Source: Leptospira sp. (lineage in GTDB: Bacteria; Spirochaetota; Leptospiria; Leptospirales; Leptospiraceae). From it: a stretch of DNA of 64,000 nt. The first letter of the stretch is position 1, and every line of letters begins with the position of its first letter. Both the position numbers and the translations under genes were made by a program. This document shows, one piece after another, positions 18,051-28,931 of the stretch. The stretch is from assembly GCA_034439575.1 (NCBI GenBank), contig JAWXAQ010000033.1, positions 1 through 64,000 on the forward strand, in the 5' to 3' direction. Below the pieces are notes generated by a model, which was given only the letters and a program-made list of their open reading frames with translations, did not search any database and was not told where the DNA came from.

Positions 18051-19107
18051 AAAGCTCACCGAAAAAGTAATGAGAAATTGGAAAGCAAAACTAGCCTCTC
18101 TTCTTATCGCCTGTTTTTTTTATATTAATTTACAAAATTCAAAAATTCTAATCAAAACTATAAATGTCCCCGTCGAATATCCAAAGTTAAGTGGCAATTT
18201 ATCCTATGCTAAGAATCCTGAAAAAACGATTCCTGTGCGAGTAGAAGGATTAAAGGATGTTGTGAATTATTATTCGCAATTTATGAAAGCCGTTATCGAA
18301 GCAGAAGATGTACAATACGGTGTCACAGAAGTCCCTATTAAAAAAATTGTAGGTGTTCCTAATGGTGTCAAAGTCACCAAGTTAAAAAAGACTGTACCTG
18401 TGGAAATCGAATCCCGTGGACTCAAAGTCGTACCTATTGAAGTTGTATTCGAAGGGAATCCTCCGCCAAACTTTGAAAAGTTGACTCAAATTCTGAGTCC
18501 TTCTCGAGTCACAATCAGTGGCAAACCACAAGAATTAGAAAAAATTACTAAGATCACACTACCTGAAATTAATTTAAATGATAGAAGGGAACCTTTCGCA
18601 AAGACGATAAAAATTCCTGATCTACCCAAAGGACTGTCACTACTTGGTTCCAAAGATGTGACAGTGAATGTCAATATCATACCTCTTTCTTACAAAACGG
18701 GTGAACAGACAGCAGCCGGAATTCCTATCGTATGTACTGGATTAGATGCTAAATTGGAAGCAGAATTTTCAGAAGAACAAATCGCAATACGATATTTTTC
18801 GCTTAAACCAATTCGTTCAGCGCAAATTTTAACTGGCATCGTCGCACAAGTTCCATGTAACTATATATATGATCCTGTGAAGAAAAAAATTATTCCAGAA
18901 TTACAGCCCCAGATAGCAAAAGTTAGGGTAGTTAAAAATAAAGATCTAAAAAATATTGAGATTCTACAAACAAATCCAGAAAAAATCGAGATCCGTTACC
19001 GTCTGAAAGATGGCGCCGATACACCAGGTCTGGATGGCTCGGATCCTGGTGATGAAGGAACTGGAATTGAAAATCCAAATCTATGGAATTCTGAAGAGAA
19101 ATCTTAA
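18043..19107 (+). CDS. cdaR: CdaR/YbbR-family regulator of diadenylate cyclase
   Basis: NWKAKLASLLIA TM motif, repeated beta-rich YbbR-like units (VPVEY, PSRVTISG); overlaps the end of cdaA. Confidence 0.88.
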   Translation: MIKKLTEKVMRNWKAKLASLLIACFFYINLQNSKILIKTINVPVEYPKLSGNLSYAKNPEKTIPVRVEGLKDVVNYYSQFMKAVIEAEDVQYGVTEVPIKKIVGVPNGVKVTKLKKTVPVEIESRGLKVVPIEVVFEGNPPPNFEKLTQILSPSRVTISGKPQELEKITKITLPEINLNDRREPFAKTIKIPDLPKGLSLLGSKDVTVNVNIIPLSYKTGEQTAAGIPIVCTGLDAKLEAEFSEEQIAIRYFSLKPIRSAQILTGIVAQVPCNYIYDPVKKKIIPELQPQIAKVRVVKNKDLKNIEILQTNPEKIEIRYRLKDGADTPGLDGSDPGDEGTGIENPNLWNSEEKS

Positions 19108-19130
19108 ACTAACAATATATAAACTTTAGT

Positions 19131-20021
19131 TTACGTTTTCAAAAATTTTACTATTTCTTCAAAACAAACATTTGGATTTTCCCATTGCGGGTAATGTCCT
19201 ATGTCTTTCCATCGAATTATTTTTGCATTCTTGAGAGGCATCTTTTCTATTTCTTCAATGAGATGTTTACCGCTCACCGGATCACTCTCACCATTAATAA
19301 AAAGTAAAGGTACTTCCGTATTTGTTAGAGCGTTTATCCAGCGTTTGGTGTTCTCTCTTCTATCTTTGATATAATGTAGAAGTTTATGTGCAATTTTGAT
19401 ATTTCCTGGATAAGTAATTAATTTCCACAATGTAGCAATCTCTCGATCATCTGGTTTTGTATTTGGTCCGAAAACTTCGCTAAAGGCAATTTTAAACTTA
19501 CGCTGGTTAAATAGTTTTGAAAGTAAGGCACCCAAAAATGGAACGGTTAACAATTTTTGAGTGAAAGTGGGTCGATGCAAACTTGGAATCAAACCACCAT
19601 TCAAAAATACAGCTCCATCAATTTCATATTTGGTTTCTTTATTTTCTAGATGCCTAGCTAATATTTCTTGACCTACACTGACCGCATAATCATGAAATAC
19701 GAACTTAACTCTCTTTAAGGCATTTTTTTCAATAAAGGATTCAATTATATTAGTTTGTTCAATTATGCTATAATTATGTCTTTCTGGTTTAGACGAGTAA
19801 CCAAATCCTAAAAAATCAATAGCAAAAGTATTAAAATGACGTGCTAATCCTGCAAAAATTTTTGAATAATCCCATGATGAAGTGGGGAAGCCATGTAATA
19901 AGAGTAAGTTGTGACCTCTACCTTCATTGATGTAAAAGATTTGAAATTTATTATAATCAAAATACTTCCCACTTGCTAGCCATTCTGTCGCATTTCGTTT
20001 CGGAATTGTTATCTCATTCAT
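19131..20021 (-). CDS. Alpha/beta hydrolase (epoxide-hydrolase/MEST-like)
   Basis: LLHGFPTSSWD, DFLGFGYSSKP, nucleophile elbow HDYA, DPVSG, GHYPQWE. Confidence 0.92.
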   Translation of the reverse strand: MNEITIPKRNATEWLASGKYFDYNKFQIFYINEGRGHNLLLLHGFPTSSWDYSKIFAGLARHFNTFAIDFLGFGYSSKPERHNYSIIEQTNIIESFIEKNALKRVKFVFHDYAVSVGQEILARHLENKETKYEIDGAVFLNGGLIPSLHRPTFTQKLLTVPFLGALLSKLFNQRKFKIAFSEVFGPNTKPDDREIATLWKLITYPGNIKIAHKLLHYIKDRRENTKRWINALTNTEVPLLFINGESDPVSGKHLIEEIEKMPLKNAKIIRWKDIGHYPQWENPNVCFEEIVKFLKT

Positions 20022-20118
20022 TAGATTAAGGGAATCTACTTAATACAAGTCCGTCAATGATAATCTCATAATGTTAAGGACTTGACATCTCTTCTTTAAT
20101 CAATCGGGATAATTGTGT

Positions 20119-22689
20119 ATGCCAAGTTATCCGTTACAATTCTTTTCTATTCCAATTGGACCAGTTTCAGATTGGGACTACTTTTGGTATCATTTCCCTT
20201 TTGGTGCGCCTGGAATATTGACCTTCGTTGTCGGTATATTTTTAAGTTTCTTCGCGATTCAAAAATTTAAAAACTCAGAGGGCAGCGAACGTATTTTCAA
20301 TTTAAATCTTTCTATTTCTTTTATTAGTTTTGGATCCATCGGTTTAGTATTATCATTAAGAGCTTGGATACAAGATGTAGATCTATTGATTTTTTGGAAT
20401 GATATCTTATATTTTATTGTAGCTCCATTGGCACCTTCAGGTCTTTACCTTGCCTATGCAATGACAGGTAAAAAAAGTAAACTTTTGTTATACTGGTCAT
20501 ATCTCTTATGGATTGCATCTTTAGTATTGTATTTTGGGATACTAATTGGAAAAGGATTTGAAAGAGAAGTTTTTGAATTCCCCTTTGGAAAATATCCAAA
20601 GGGTAGCATTTATATTCGACCATGGGGAATTTTGGCACCTATCGGTTATTTGTTTCTTATCGTTCCCGCATTTATAAAACATTATTCCTATATGAGAACA
20701 AATTATCACCCATCATTATTTCATGGTGTGAATTTACTTTTTTTACTCATAGTATCCAATGCTCCGAGTATTTTAGGATACAAAATGTATCCTGGCGGAT
20801 TCTTTTTATTTATACCTATGCTTATGGTCGCCTACGGTGTGTTTCGTTCTGACTTTTTTGATGTGAATGAATTGTTGTTTCAGAAAAATGGGATGTTCTA
20901 TTTTTTATTCGCATTACTTTCGTTTGTATTGATTTTTATCTCTTTTGGTGTTTCCTTTGGTCTTTCCCCTCTATCGTATGAAGCTTCTAAATGGTATCCT
21001 TGGGGCATACCTCCTGTTTTGAGTGTCTTCACCGCAGTTTTTTTATCCATCATCGTCGCTGGTGCCAATCCATCAGCAAGGCTCAATCAATTATGTGCAT
21101 TTGCTCTGATACTTACTGGCTTTTATGTTATGCAATCAGTACCCTTGAAGTTAAATGTTTCTTACGTAGTTCAATTGCGCGTATCACAAATCACCTTCGT
21201 CGCGTTTGCGTTTGCACCAAGTATTATGGTCAGACTTGTTTTTGAAGCTGTAAACCAAAAAGATCCTTCCTGGTTAAAATACGTAGATGTGTTATGTGTT
21301 GTCGCATCCTTACTTGCACCATCACCGTATTTGTTTGTCGGCTACTTTGAATATCCTTGGTCCAGAGTTCACCATGGTGGACCTGCTGAGGCACTCATAG
21401 GTTTCAATGGATTGTTAGGTTTTGTTTTAGTATTGTTAACATTTTTAAGACACAAAGACTATATTAATTCAGCGTCCAAATGGATCATTGGATCTTTTAT
21501 GTTGTCCGCTGGTTTGTTATTACTTGCTTTGCTTCCTTCGCATGGTATACCAATTTATCCAATCAGTGACTTCCAATTTGTTCCAGCATTTATCCTTGGT
21601 TATTCGGTGCTTCGTCATGGAGCCTTGTCTTTAGAAGGTAGAACCATCCAGCTCAGTCAAAAACTTGCAAACCTCGGACTAATTACTATGGGTATCGCGG
21701 GTATCCTATATTTCCCTCTGATACGTGACCATTATGGAATCGGTGAGTCAGCCTTTCATCTATTGATGATTGTTCTGCCACTCATTCTTTTTAACTACCT
21801 TGTTATCTATATCATGTCAAGACCTTTAGCAGAAGAACTAGATATCAGCTATTTCCTGTTAGATCTTGAAAAACAAAAAGCCGATGAAGAAAGAGAAAAG
21901 GCTTTGATCGCGCAAGACAAAGCGGAAGAAGCACAAGAAGAATCAGAAAAATTATTATTAAATATCCTCCCATTCAAAGTCGCACAAGAATTAAAATCAA
22001 AAGGTTCTGTGACTCCTGCCAGATACGAACGTGTTAGCGTGCTATTTACTGATTTTAAAGGATTTACAAAAGTAGCTGAGGGGATGGATGAACAAGAACT
22101 ACTGGGTGAGTTAGATGCTTGTTTTACTCAATTTGATGAGATTATACTTAGAAATAATTTAGAAAAATTAAAAACCATAGGCGACTCTTATATGTGTGCT
22201 GGTGGGTTACCAGTTGAAAATAAAACAAATGCATTAGACTCTTGTTTGGCGGCACTCGAAGTTCAAAGTTTTATGAACCAATTAAAAGAGATAAAAATTT
22301 CTCTTGGATTGCCTTTTTGGGAATTAAGACTCGGTATTCATACTGGCCCAGTCGTCGCAGGGGTTGTGGGAAGATTTAAATTTGCATATGATATTTGGGG
22401 AGATACAGTGAACACTGCTTCACGGATGGAATCTAGCGGTCAAACTGGGATGATAAATATTTCTGCAGAAACTTACAATGAAGTGAAGTATTTTTTTGAA
22501 ACTGAGTATAGGGGCAAAATTCATGGGAAAAACAAAGGTGAGATGGATATGTATTTTTTACATCGCCTAAAACCGCGTTATTCGCAAGATCCTGAAGGCA
22601 AGGCACCTAACCAAGTATTTCGCGAGATTTATGCGAAAATACATGGTGGTGCCAGCATTAGATGGAAATCAGAGAACAAAATTAATTAG
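20119..22689 (+). CDS. Class III adenylate cyclase with a large polytopic membrane region
   Basis: [58 protein letters not shown] (Lys/Asp pair indicates ATP specificity). Confidence 0.93.
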   Translation: MPSYPLQFFSIPIGPVSDWDYFWYHFPFGAPGILTFVVGIFLSFFAIQKFKNSEGSERIFNLNLSISFISFGSIGLVLSLRAWIQDVDLLIFWNDILYFIVAPLAPSGLYLAYAMTGKKSKLLLYWSYLLWIASLVLYFGILIGKGFEREVFEFPFGKYPKGSIYIRPWGILAPIGYLFLIVPAFIKHYSYMRTNYHPSLFHGVNLLFLLIVSNAPSILGYKMYPGGFFLFIPMLMVAYGVFRSDFFDVNELLFQKNGMFYFLFALLSFVLIFISFGVSFGLSPLSYEASKWYPWGIPPVLSVFTAVFLSIIVAGANPSARLNQLCAFALILTGFYVMQSVPLKLNVSYVVQLRVSQITFVAFAFAPSIMVRLVFEAVNQKDPSWLKYVDVLCVVASLLAPSPYLFVGYFEYPWSRVHHGGPAEALIGFNGLLGFVLVLLTFLRHKDYINSASKWIIGSFMLSAGLLLLALLPSHGIPIYPISDFQFVPAFILGYSVLRHGALSLEGRTIQLSQKLANLGLITMGIAGILYFPLIRDHYGIGESAFHLLMIVLPLILFNYLVIYIMSRPLAEELDISYFLLDLEKQKADEEREKALIAQDKAEEAQEESEKLLLNILPFKVAQELKSKGSVTPARYERVSVLFTDFKGFTKVAEGMDEQELLGELDACFTQFDEIILRNNLEKLKTIGDSYMCAGGLPVENKTNALDSCLAALEVQSFMNQLKEIKISLGLPFWELRLGIHTGPVVAGVVGRFKFAYDIWGDTVNTASRMESSGQTGMINISAETYNEVKYFFETEYRGKIHGKNKGEMDMYFLHRLKPRYSQDPEGKAPNQVFREIYAKIHGGASIRWKSENKIN

Positions 22690-24386
22690 GTTTGTTCCTC
22701 TTCTGCAAGCCAAGTTCTGAGCAATTGTGCTACATCTTCTGGTTTTTCTTTCGCGAGATTGATCGCATTTTCGAGTAACTCTCTTCTTAATTTTTCGTCG
22801 AGGGAGAGCTCAACTTCAGCTCCTCCCTCATCCATAACTCGAAGTGCGGCTTCTCGCATCATTTGTTGTTGTGCGGCAAGTTCTTCTTCTCTGAGTCTTC
22901 TACGTCTTGCGATTTCTTTTTTGATCGCTCTGTAAACAAGGACCGCTAAAATCAATAAGATCAATATTACGAGTGAAGCTATGACCATATTTCGTATGGC
23001 TCTTTGTCTTTGGAACTCCTCATCCTCTGCACGAAATTGTTCTGTTCTATCCTTTGGTATTGTAATTACGCTGATTTGATCACCACGTGGTCTCGTATAA
23101 CCGATCGCAGCTTCCAAATTTTTTCTTATCAATTTCAGATCAGATTCGGAAACAGGATTGTATTTTCTGTCATAGCCCAATCCATCTTCGCGTTCTTTTC
23201 TTTCCCAAACTCCATCGACTACGACTGAGAGACCAATTTTTTCAATCTTCCATGGTTGGCGTTTGATATCTTTAACACGTTTATTGAATTCGTAATTATT
23301 GATATTTTCGTCTTTGGAGTATTCTGCTTTTTGATAATCAGTATCTTTATAACCTGGGGGTAGGTTAGGTTCTGTTCCAGCAGGGCCGTCTGGTGTAAAT
23401 CCACGTCCTTTGAAAGCTTCTTTAGTTTCTTTGGATGATACTTTGAGGGAATATCCATCAACTAACTTTCGTTCTGAGTAAGGTGTATCTGGATTGTCAT
23501 ATTCTGCTATCACTGGCATCACTTCATTTTCAGTTAATGATTCTTGGTCCCAATTGAAAGAATATTCAAAACGAGTAATGTCGACTCGATCTTCACCACC
23601 GAGATACCAGCGTAAGGTGTTACGAATATCGATCAATCGTTTGACTCGTTCCTCTTCTTCAATACGTAATTTTTCTTGAACGATTCTTAACTCTAATCTT
23701 TCTTTTTCTAGATCTTCTTCAAAGTCAGAAATGATTTTACCATCAGGATCAGCCACACTTACATTTTCAGGCTTTAACTTAGGTACGGCACGAGAAACTA
23801 AATTCACAATCCCTTTCACTTCTTTTTTGCTAAGGCCCTCGACACCGGGACGAAAGTGCAAAATCACACTTGCTTTTACAGGGTATGTATTTGCTTCAAA
23901 TAAATCTGCTTCCGGCATGGCGATATTGACATCAGCTTTTTCGATTGGCCGAAGCGTCATAAGTGACTTTTCAATCGCACCTTTTAAGGCACGGTATTTT
24001 TTTATGTCCTTATCGAATTGGGTTTCTGTAAATTTTTCAATATCAAAAAGCTCCCAACCTGATACCCCAGCAGGAATCAAATTTTCTTGCGCGAGTTTGG
24101 TGACGATCTCTTGGCGTTGGTCTGGATCCACAGTGATCATTGATGTATCACTTGTTCCATATCCATAACCGAGTGCGTCTAACTTCTTTGTGACTTCCGA
24201 AAAGTCTTTGGGGTCCAAATCTTTAAATAAAACAATTCGATTTTTTTGTGAGGACACGTTCGATAGTATGATGATCGCTATGACAACGACAAGTAGCACA
24301 CCACCTAAGATCAGTTTCTTTGTGTTGTCTAATTTTCCATAAAGCTCTTTAATTTTATCTAGAATCTTTTGCAGTGGCTCGGGCAT
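22686..24386 (-). CDS. fliF: Flagellar MS-ring protein FliF
   Basis: Two TMs, YscJ/FliF domain (ASVILH...[21 protein letters not shown]), [13 protein letters not shown]-terminal [12 protein letters not shown]. Confidence 0.95.
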   Translation of the reverse strand: MPEPLQKILDKIKELYGKLDNTKKLILGGVLLVVVIAIIILSNVSSQKNRIVLFKDLDPKDFSEVTKKLDALGYGYGTSDTSMITVDPDQRQEIVTKLAQENLIPAGVSGWELFDIEKFTETQFDKDIKKYRALKGAIEKSLMTLRPIEKADVNIAMPEADLFEANTYPVKASVILHFRPGVEGLSKKEVKGIVNLVSRAVPKLKPENVSVADPDGKIISDFEEDLEKERLELRIVQEKLRIEEEERVKRLIDIRNTLRWYLGGEDRVDITRFEYSFNWDQESLTENEVMPVIAEYDNPDTPYSERKLVDGYSLKVSSKETKEAFKGRGFTPDGPAGTEPNLPPGYKDTDYQKAEYSKDENINNYEFNKRVKDIKRQPWKIEKIGLSVVVDGVWERKEREDGLGYDRKYNPVSESDLKLIRKNLEAAIGYTRPRGDQISVITIPKDRTEQFRAEDEEFQRQRAIRNMVIASLVILILLILAVLVYRAIKKEIARRRRLREEELAAQQQMMREAALRVMDEGGAEVELSLDEKLRRELLENAINLAKEKPEDVAQLLRTWLAEEEQT

Positions 24387-24501
24387 AGTTTGGGCTTCAT
24401 CCTATAATGGGACATAATGGCTGATTCGAGCGTTTTTGTACAAGTATTTTTCCTGATTTTCTCTTGAAGGTTTTAACTAAAATCTTTTTGCTAAGAAGAC
24501 A

Positions 24502-25452
24502 TTGAAAACCATACATACCATTGACTGTCATTATGCGGGAATTAGTAATGTGGCCTGCGCCTACCTGATTGTAGAGGGGGAGAGAGCCGCATTTGTAGAG
24601 ACAAATACCACCCATGCCGTGCCGTATTTACTGGCAAAACTCGAATCTCTTGGCATTCCTAGGGAAAATGTGGACTTTGTCATCATCACTCATGTGCATT
24701 TGGATCATGCGGGTGGTGCATCGGCGCTTCTAGCGACCTGTCCAAATGCGATACTCCTTGCCCATCCCAAGGCAGCAAGGCATATGATCCAGCCAGAACG
24801 GCTTGTCGCGAGTAGCAAAGCGGTTTATGGGGAAGAAAATTTCCAAAAACTATACGGTGAAATAAATCCCATTCCAGAGAATCGGGTGCGAATCATGAAT
24901 GATGGGGAATCTATGGTATTTGGCAATAGGCAATTTGATTTTATTTATACGAAAGGTCATGCCAATCATCATTTTTGTATTTATGATTCGCTGTCCAATT
25001 CAGTTTTTACGGGAGATAGTTTTGGTATCGCCTATCCAAAATTAGAGTTAGGTGGTAGATTTATTTTCCCTACGACAACTCCCACTGATTTTCATGCCGA
25101 AGAAGCACTTCGTTCCCTTGATTTAATTTTAAATACAGGTGCCAATGAGGCTTATCTCACACATTTCGGATCCATCACAAATCTAAGCGATGCCAAAAAA
25201 CATTTAGAAAAAGGCATCAAACTTTGTGGTGAAGCAATCCAAACTGCAAAATCAAAATTTGCCGATGTAAGAGATCACAAGGATTTTAAGACAGAGTTAT
25301 CTTTGTACTTTCAAAACATAGTTCATGATATGATCTTTACATTGGCAAAGGACCAAGGTGTGAGTTTAACGGAAAAGGATTGGCAATTATTAAAGTTGGA
25401 TGTGGATCTAAATTCACAAGGATTGGTTTTTGCTTTTCAAAGGAATTCTTAA
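24502..25452 (+). CDS. MBL-fold metallo-hydrolase
   Basis: THVHLDHAGG, GHANHH, FTGDSFG, LTHFG. Confidence 0.92.
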   Translation: MKTIHTIDCHYAGISNVACAYLIVEGERAAFVETNTTHAVPYLLAKLESLGIPRENVDFVIITHVHLDHAGGASALLATCPNAILLAHPKAARHMIQPERLVASSKAVYGEENFQKLYGEINPIPENRVRIMNDGESMVFGNRQFDFIYTKGHANHHFCIYDSLSNSVFTGDSFGIAYPKLELGGRFIFPTTTPTDFHAEEALRSLDLILNTGANEAYLTHFGSITNLSDAKKHLEKGIKLCGEAIQTAKSKFADVRDHKDFKTELSLYFQNIVHDMIFTLAKDQGVSLTEKDWQLLKLDVDLNSQGLVFAFQRNS

Positions 25453-25896
25453 ATGAATCGGAAGGTGATTCGGATATTTATTCATTTCATTTTGTTATTT
25501 ATTATGATCCATTTGGGATTTTGTACTTCTGAAACTGTAAAAAATGATTCTTATCGAAATAAAATTCTAATCCATGTTAGTTGTGATGATTTTGATGATA
25601 GTTTTGAATACCCGATTTATCCGTCAGAGAAAAAAGATTTGTTAGCAGTACTTGCCGATTTATCTATAAAAGAAAATCCATCGATTCGTTTTATTTCTAC
25701 AAACCAAACAGAAGAAATTATGGAAATCAATGGGCGTCGTACTTCTTGGAAAGAAGGCTGGAATATTTATGTGAATGGAGAGCGCATCAGTCCCAAAGAA
25801 CTAAAAAGAGGGATACGAATTGGGGAAAAAGATAAAATAAAAATCAATTTAGAGAATGTAGAGCGCGTGTTTGGCAAACCCACCAAACACGAATAA
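25453..25896 (+). CDS. Putative lipoprotein with a DUF4430/transcobalamin C-terminal-like domain
   Basis: Signal peptide ending LGFC; pattern IMEING...GWNIYVNGE...IGEKDKI. Confidence 0.55.
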   Translation: MNRKVIRIFIHFILLFIMIHLGFCTSETVKNDSYRNKILIHVSCDDFDDSFEYPIYPSEKKDLLAVLADLSIKENPSIRFISTNQTEEIMEINGRRTSWKEGWNIYVNGERISPKELKRGIRIGEKDKIKINLENVERVFGKPTKHE

Positions 25897-25902
25897 TGCT
25901 TT

Positions 25903-26280
25903 TTATCTTAATTGTGTCAATTCTCTATACGCTCTGATAAATCCATCAGACATAGTCTTTGCAAAGGTAAGTGAGATCCTCGCTTTTTCTGCGGCGATCA
26001 TAACTTCATGAAGTTCAACGGAATTTGGATCAAATACGATTTTTTGGGTCAGTTCGTCAGCTTGCACCTGTTGGTCGTTCACTTGTTCGAATGCCTTTTT
26101 CATCGCATCAGCAAATGTTCCAGCCACTTCATCTGGGGATTTAGCTTCATTCGTTTTTCCGTAATGTCTAGAATCCGTTCTGTTGACAGAAACTTTATCA
26201 CCGCCCGGCAATAAGGAATGTGGTTTAGATCCACTGAGATTCAGACTTTGAGAAAAATTGGAAATACGATCAATTGCCAT
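25903..26280 (-). CDS. fliE: Flagellar hook-basal body protein FliE
   Basis: FADAMKKAFEQVNDQQ...ELHEVMIAAEKARISL...AYREL. Confidence 0.95.
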   Translation of the reverse strand: MAIDRISNFSQSLNLSGSKPHSLLPGGDKVSVNRTDSRHYGKTNEAKSPDEVAGTFADAMKKAFEQVNDQQVQADELTQKIVFDPNSVELHEVMIAAEKARISLTFAKTMSDGFIRAYRELTQLR

Positions 26281-26301
26281 AGGGATTGCCTTCTTTTTGG
26301 A

Positions 26302-26328
26302 ATATCGGAAGGCTTACGGAAAACTTAA
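26302..26328 (-). promoter_or_regulatory. Sigma28 (FliA)-like promoter upstream of fliE
   Basis: Minus strand TTAAGTTT-N11-TCCGATAT against consensus TAAAGTTT-N11-GCCGATAA; 21 bp upstream of the fliE ATG. Confidence 0.6.
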
Positions 26329-26363
26329 ACAAAAAAACTTATGTCACTTTAAAATTTGAACCA

Positions 26364-27926
26364 TTAAGGCCCATAGATCGGACCAAATGGAGTCGTGTAC
26401 TCATGGTGAACCGCAAGGCCAGGTTTGAATTTTCGCACTCGGAATTTGGCATAGGCACTGCTGTTAAAATCAAGTGTAGTGCCTTCATAATATCCAGCAA
26501 TGAGGCCACCATCGCAAGTTTCGATCGCATTGAGTGGAACAACAAACTCAGTTTCTCCTTGGTGCGCATGTTCGATTAAGTTTCCACTCAGATCCACTCG
26601 GACCAAGGTCGTTCGAATGGCACCCGAAGGAAATGGCGAGCCAAAACCCGGATCAGTTAAGTAAGGGATAAAGGCAAATAAACTATCCTTTCTTGTGTCT
26701 TGGAAAATTCGATAAATAGAACCAGGATCTTCACCAGTGCTACCCAGATAACTTAGATAAGTTGGGCTTAAGTTTGAATTAAACCTTATTATGAATTGAT
26801 CTGATGACCCACTATAGGCTCGACCTGGCACAGAGTCCATATTTAAAAATTTTGTTTGTGTGATGCCACCAAACGCAAGTTCGTTTGAGATCCCGTGAAT
26901 TTCGATAGGAATGGGGAGGATGGGATTGGTTTGCGAAATGGCCGTGGGCAAAAATGTATGACGCAGATAAGTTCCGTTTTCATCAAACTGAGTTACTACA
27001 AATTGTTTTGTTCCCGATCCAACATAATCTAAGACAACTTTGTTTGCGGCAGAATCATATGCAGTTGAGTCATAACCCAATGTCCAAATCGTATTGGTAG
27101 ATGAAATGGCAATCCTATCTGCAGACCTAGTATTTGAACCAGACCCACCAAAGTAATGTACCCATAGGGCAGTTCCATCCGATTTGAGTCGCATCACAAA
27201 AGAGGCATAAGGTGCAATTGTTGAAGCATATGATTTTAAAGTAGCGCCAGAAAAACTAGAAAATCCGCCTGACAGAGTATCACCGGCTACAGCTACATCC
27301 CCATTGGGAAAGGAGGCAATCGAATATCCTCTATTATCTGTAGTATTATTCCCAAAATACGTATTCCAAAGTAATGTGCCAGTTGAGGAGATATGAAAAA
27401 CGCCCACATTGACTCCCCCTGTGACAAATGCACTAATGGGCGTACCAATAGATTGGGTAACGTTTGCTACAAAATACACTCCGTTCGGTGATAATGAGAT
27501 TCCTACGGAATTCCCGGAAGTAGAAGCAAGACCTAAGGTTCTTGACCATTCCACTCCTCCAAAACGATTGAATTTCATCAGGGTCGCATTGAATCCACCA
27601 AGCGTCCCTTCTGTGCCAGAAAATGTGCCAAGATTTTTTTCAGGATTATAATTTGATACCCCATATAGGTAATAGGATTGATCAGGGGCTTGTACGAATT
27701 GCAAAGGAGAATATACAGGACGGCCAATTGTGGAACGAAAGTTTGGTGCGTATTCAAAGGAAGTCACATCACAGACTGACCTAGGTCGTATATAATCAGC
27801 CCAGGTGGCATGAATCAATCCTGATCGAGAGAGCGTATCTCCTGAATTATTTAAATCAGGAGCTTGGCAGTAGAGAAAAGAGAATAGGGTGAGAAGATAA
27901 AGGATGTTAATTGGAAATAATTTCAT
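26364..27926 (-). CDS. Surface lipoprotein with SBBP-like beta-propeller repeats
   Basis: Lipobox-like FLYC; repeated units (KFNRFGGVEWSRTLG, HISSTGTLLWNTYFG, RLKSDGTALWVHYFGG, YLSYLGS). Confidence 0.75.
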   Translation of the reverse strand: MKLFPINILYLLTLFSFLYCQAPDLNNSGDTLSRSGLIHATWADYIRPRSVCDVTSFEYAPNFRSTIGRPVYSPLQFVQAPDQSYYLYGVSNYNPEKNLGTFSGTEGTLGGFNATLMKFNRFGGVEWSRTLGLASTSGNSVGISLSPNGVYFVANVTQSIGTPISAFVTGGVNVGVFHISSTGTLLWNTYFGNNTTDNRGYSIASFPNGDVAVAGDTLSGGFSSFSGATLKSYASTIAPYASFVMRLKSDGTALWVHYFGGSGSNTRSADRIAISSTNTIWTLGYDSTAYDSAANKVVLDYVGSGTKQFVVTQFDENGTYLRHTFLPTAISQTNPILPIPIEIHGISNELAFGGITQTKFLNMDSVPGRAYSGSSDQFIIRFNSNLSPTYLSYLGSTGEDPGSIYRIFQDTRKDSLFAFIPYLTDPGFGSPFPSGAIRTTLVRVDLSGNLIEHAHQGETEFVVPLNAIETCDGGLIAGYYEGTTLDFNSSAYAKFRVRKFKPGLAVHHEYTTPFGPIYGP

Positions 27927-27995
27927 GAATTGTTGTTACTTCTTAAGATAACAACAAAATGTGTGAAAATTCCTACAAGATCAAGAAAAAATAGT

Positions 27996-28457
27996 TTAAG
28001 CCCGACCTATCTCCATCGCTTTATTGAACATTGCTTTGGTTCCGTTGATCATTTGGACGTTTGCTTCGTAAGACCTGGAAGCTGAAATCATATCTGTCAT
28101 TTCAGTGACAATATTGATATTGGGAAATTCGACATATCCTTTTTTAGGACCAGTTTGAATCGCATCAGGGTGTGTCGGATCATAGGTGAGACGGAGTGGA
28201 CTCATATCCTTTTCTATTTTCATAACCTTCACACCCTTTCCCTCACCCGGAGAAACGCCAAAAGGGTAAACTGGGCTATTCCATTTCGTTCTCAGATTAA
28301 CCGGGGTTAAAATAACTCTGTCTCTTCGGAAGGGGCCGTCACCATTTGTATTCCTAGTTGTCGTCGCATTGGCAATGTTATTTGAAATAACATCCATTCG
28401 TAATCTTTGTGCAGTAAGACCCGTGGCAGATACATTGATTGAATCAAACATTCCCAT
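27996..28457 (-). CDS. flgC: Flagellar basal-body rod protein FlgC
   Basis: SATGLTAQRLRMDVISNNIANA, YDPTHPDA, EMTDMISASRSYEAN. Confidence 0.98.
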   Translation of the reverse strand: MGMFDSINVSATGLTAQRLRMDVISNNIANATTTRNTNGDGPFRRDRVILTPVNLRTKWNSPVYPFGVSPGEGKGVKVMKIEKDMSPLRLTYDPTHPDAIQTGPKKGYVEFPNINIVTEMTDMISASRSYEANVQMINGTKAMFNKAMEIGRA

Positions 28458-28484
28458 ATAATTCTCCTAAATCTTAAGTTATAT

Positions 28485-28916
28485 TTATGTTGGTCTCATG
28501 ACAATATTGAGAAGGCGATTGTTTTGATTGAGTCTCTCAATCATTAGATTATATGTCATTTGGTTTTGGTTTGCTTCCACAATTTCTTTTTCAATGTCAA
28601 CATTGTTTCCGTCAGGACGCATGGTTGTCAGGTAATCTGTGTTAACTTTTGGCTTTACATCTCGATAGTCAAGGGGCTTAAAAAATTCAATGTGTTTTTC
28701 ATTTGTGATGCGAGTGGGAACTGCCTTTTCTTTTTCAATCTTTTCTGATTCAAAAGCTCTTTTTAAAGCTGATTCAAACACAACTTCCGAACGTTTGAAG
28801 TTTGGAACATCCGCATTGGCAATGTTATCTGTAAGCACTTTTCTTTTGGCCATACCGGCAGTTAAGCCTCTTTCCAATAGATCTTGTGTTTTCATAAAAT
28901 GCGTTTCTGCAAACAT
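28485..28916 (-). CDS. flgB: Flagellar basal-body rod protein FlgB
   Basis: NIANADVPNFKR, RPDGNNVDIEKE. Confidence 0.97.
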   Translation of the reverse strand: MFAETHFMKTQDLLERGLTAGMAKRKVLTDNIANADVPNFKRSEVVFESALKRAFESEKIEKEKAVPTRITNEKHIEFFKPLDYRDVKPKVNTDYLTTMRPDGNNVDIEKEIVEANQNQMTYNLMIERLNQNNRLLNIVMRPT

Positions 28917-28931
28917 AGATTCCCTCTTGGT

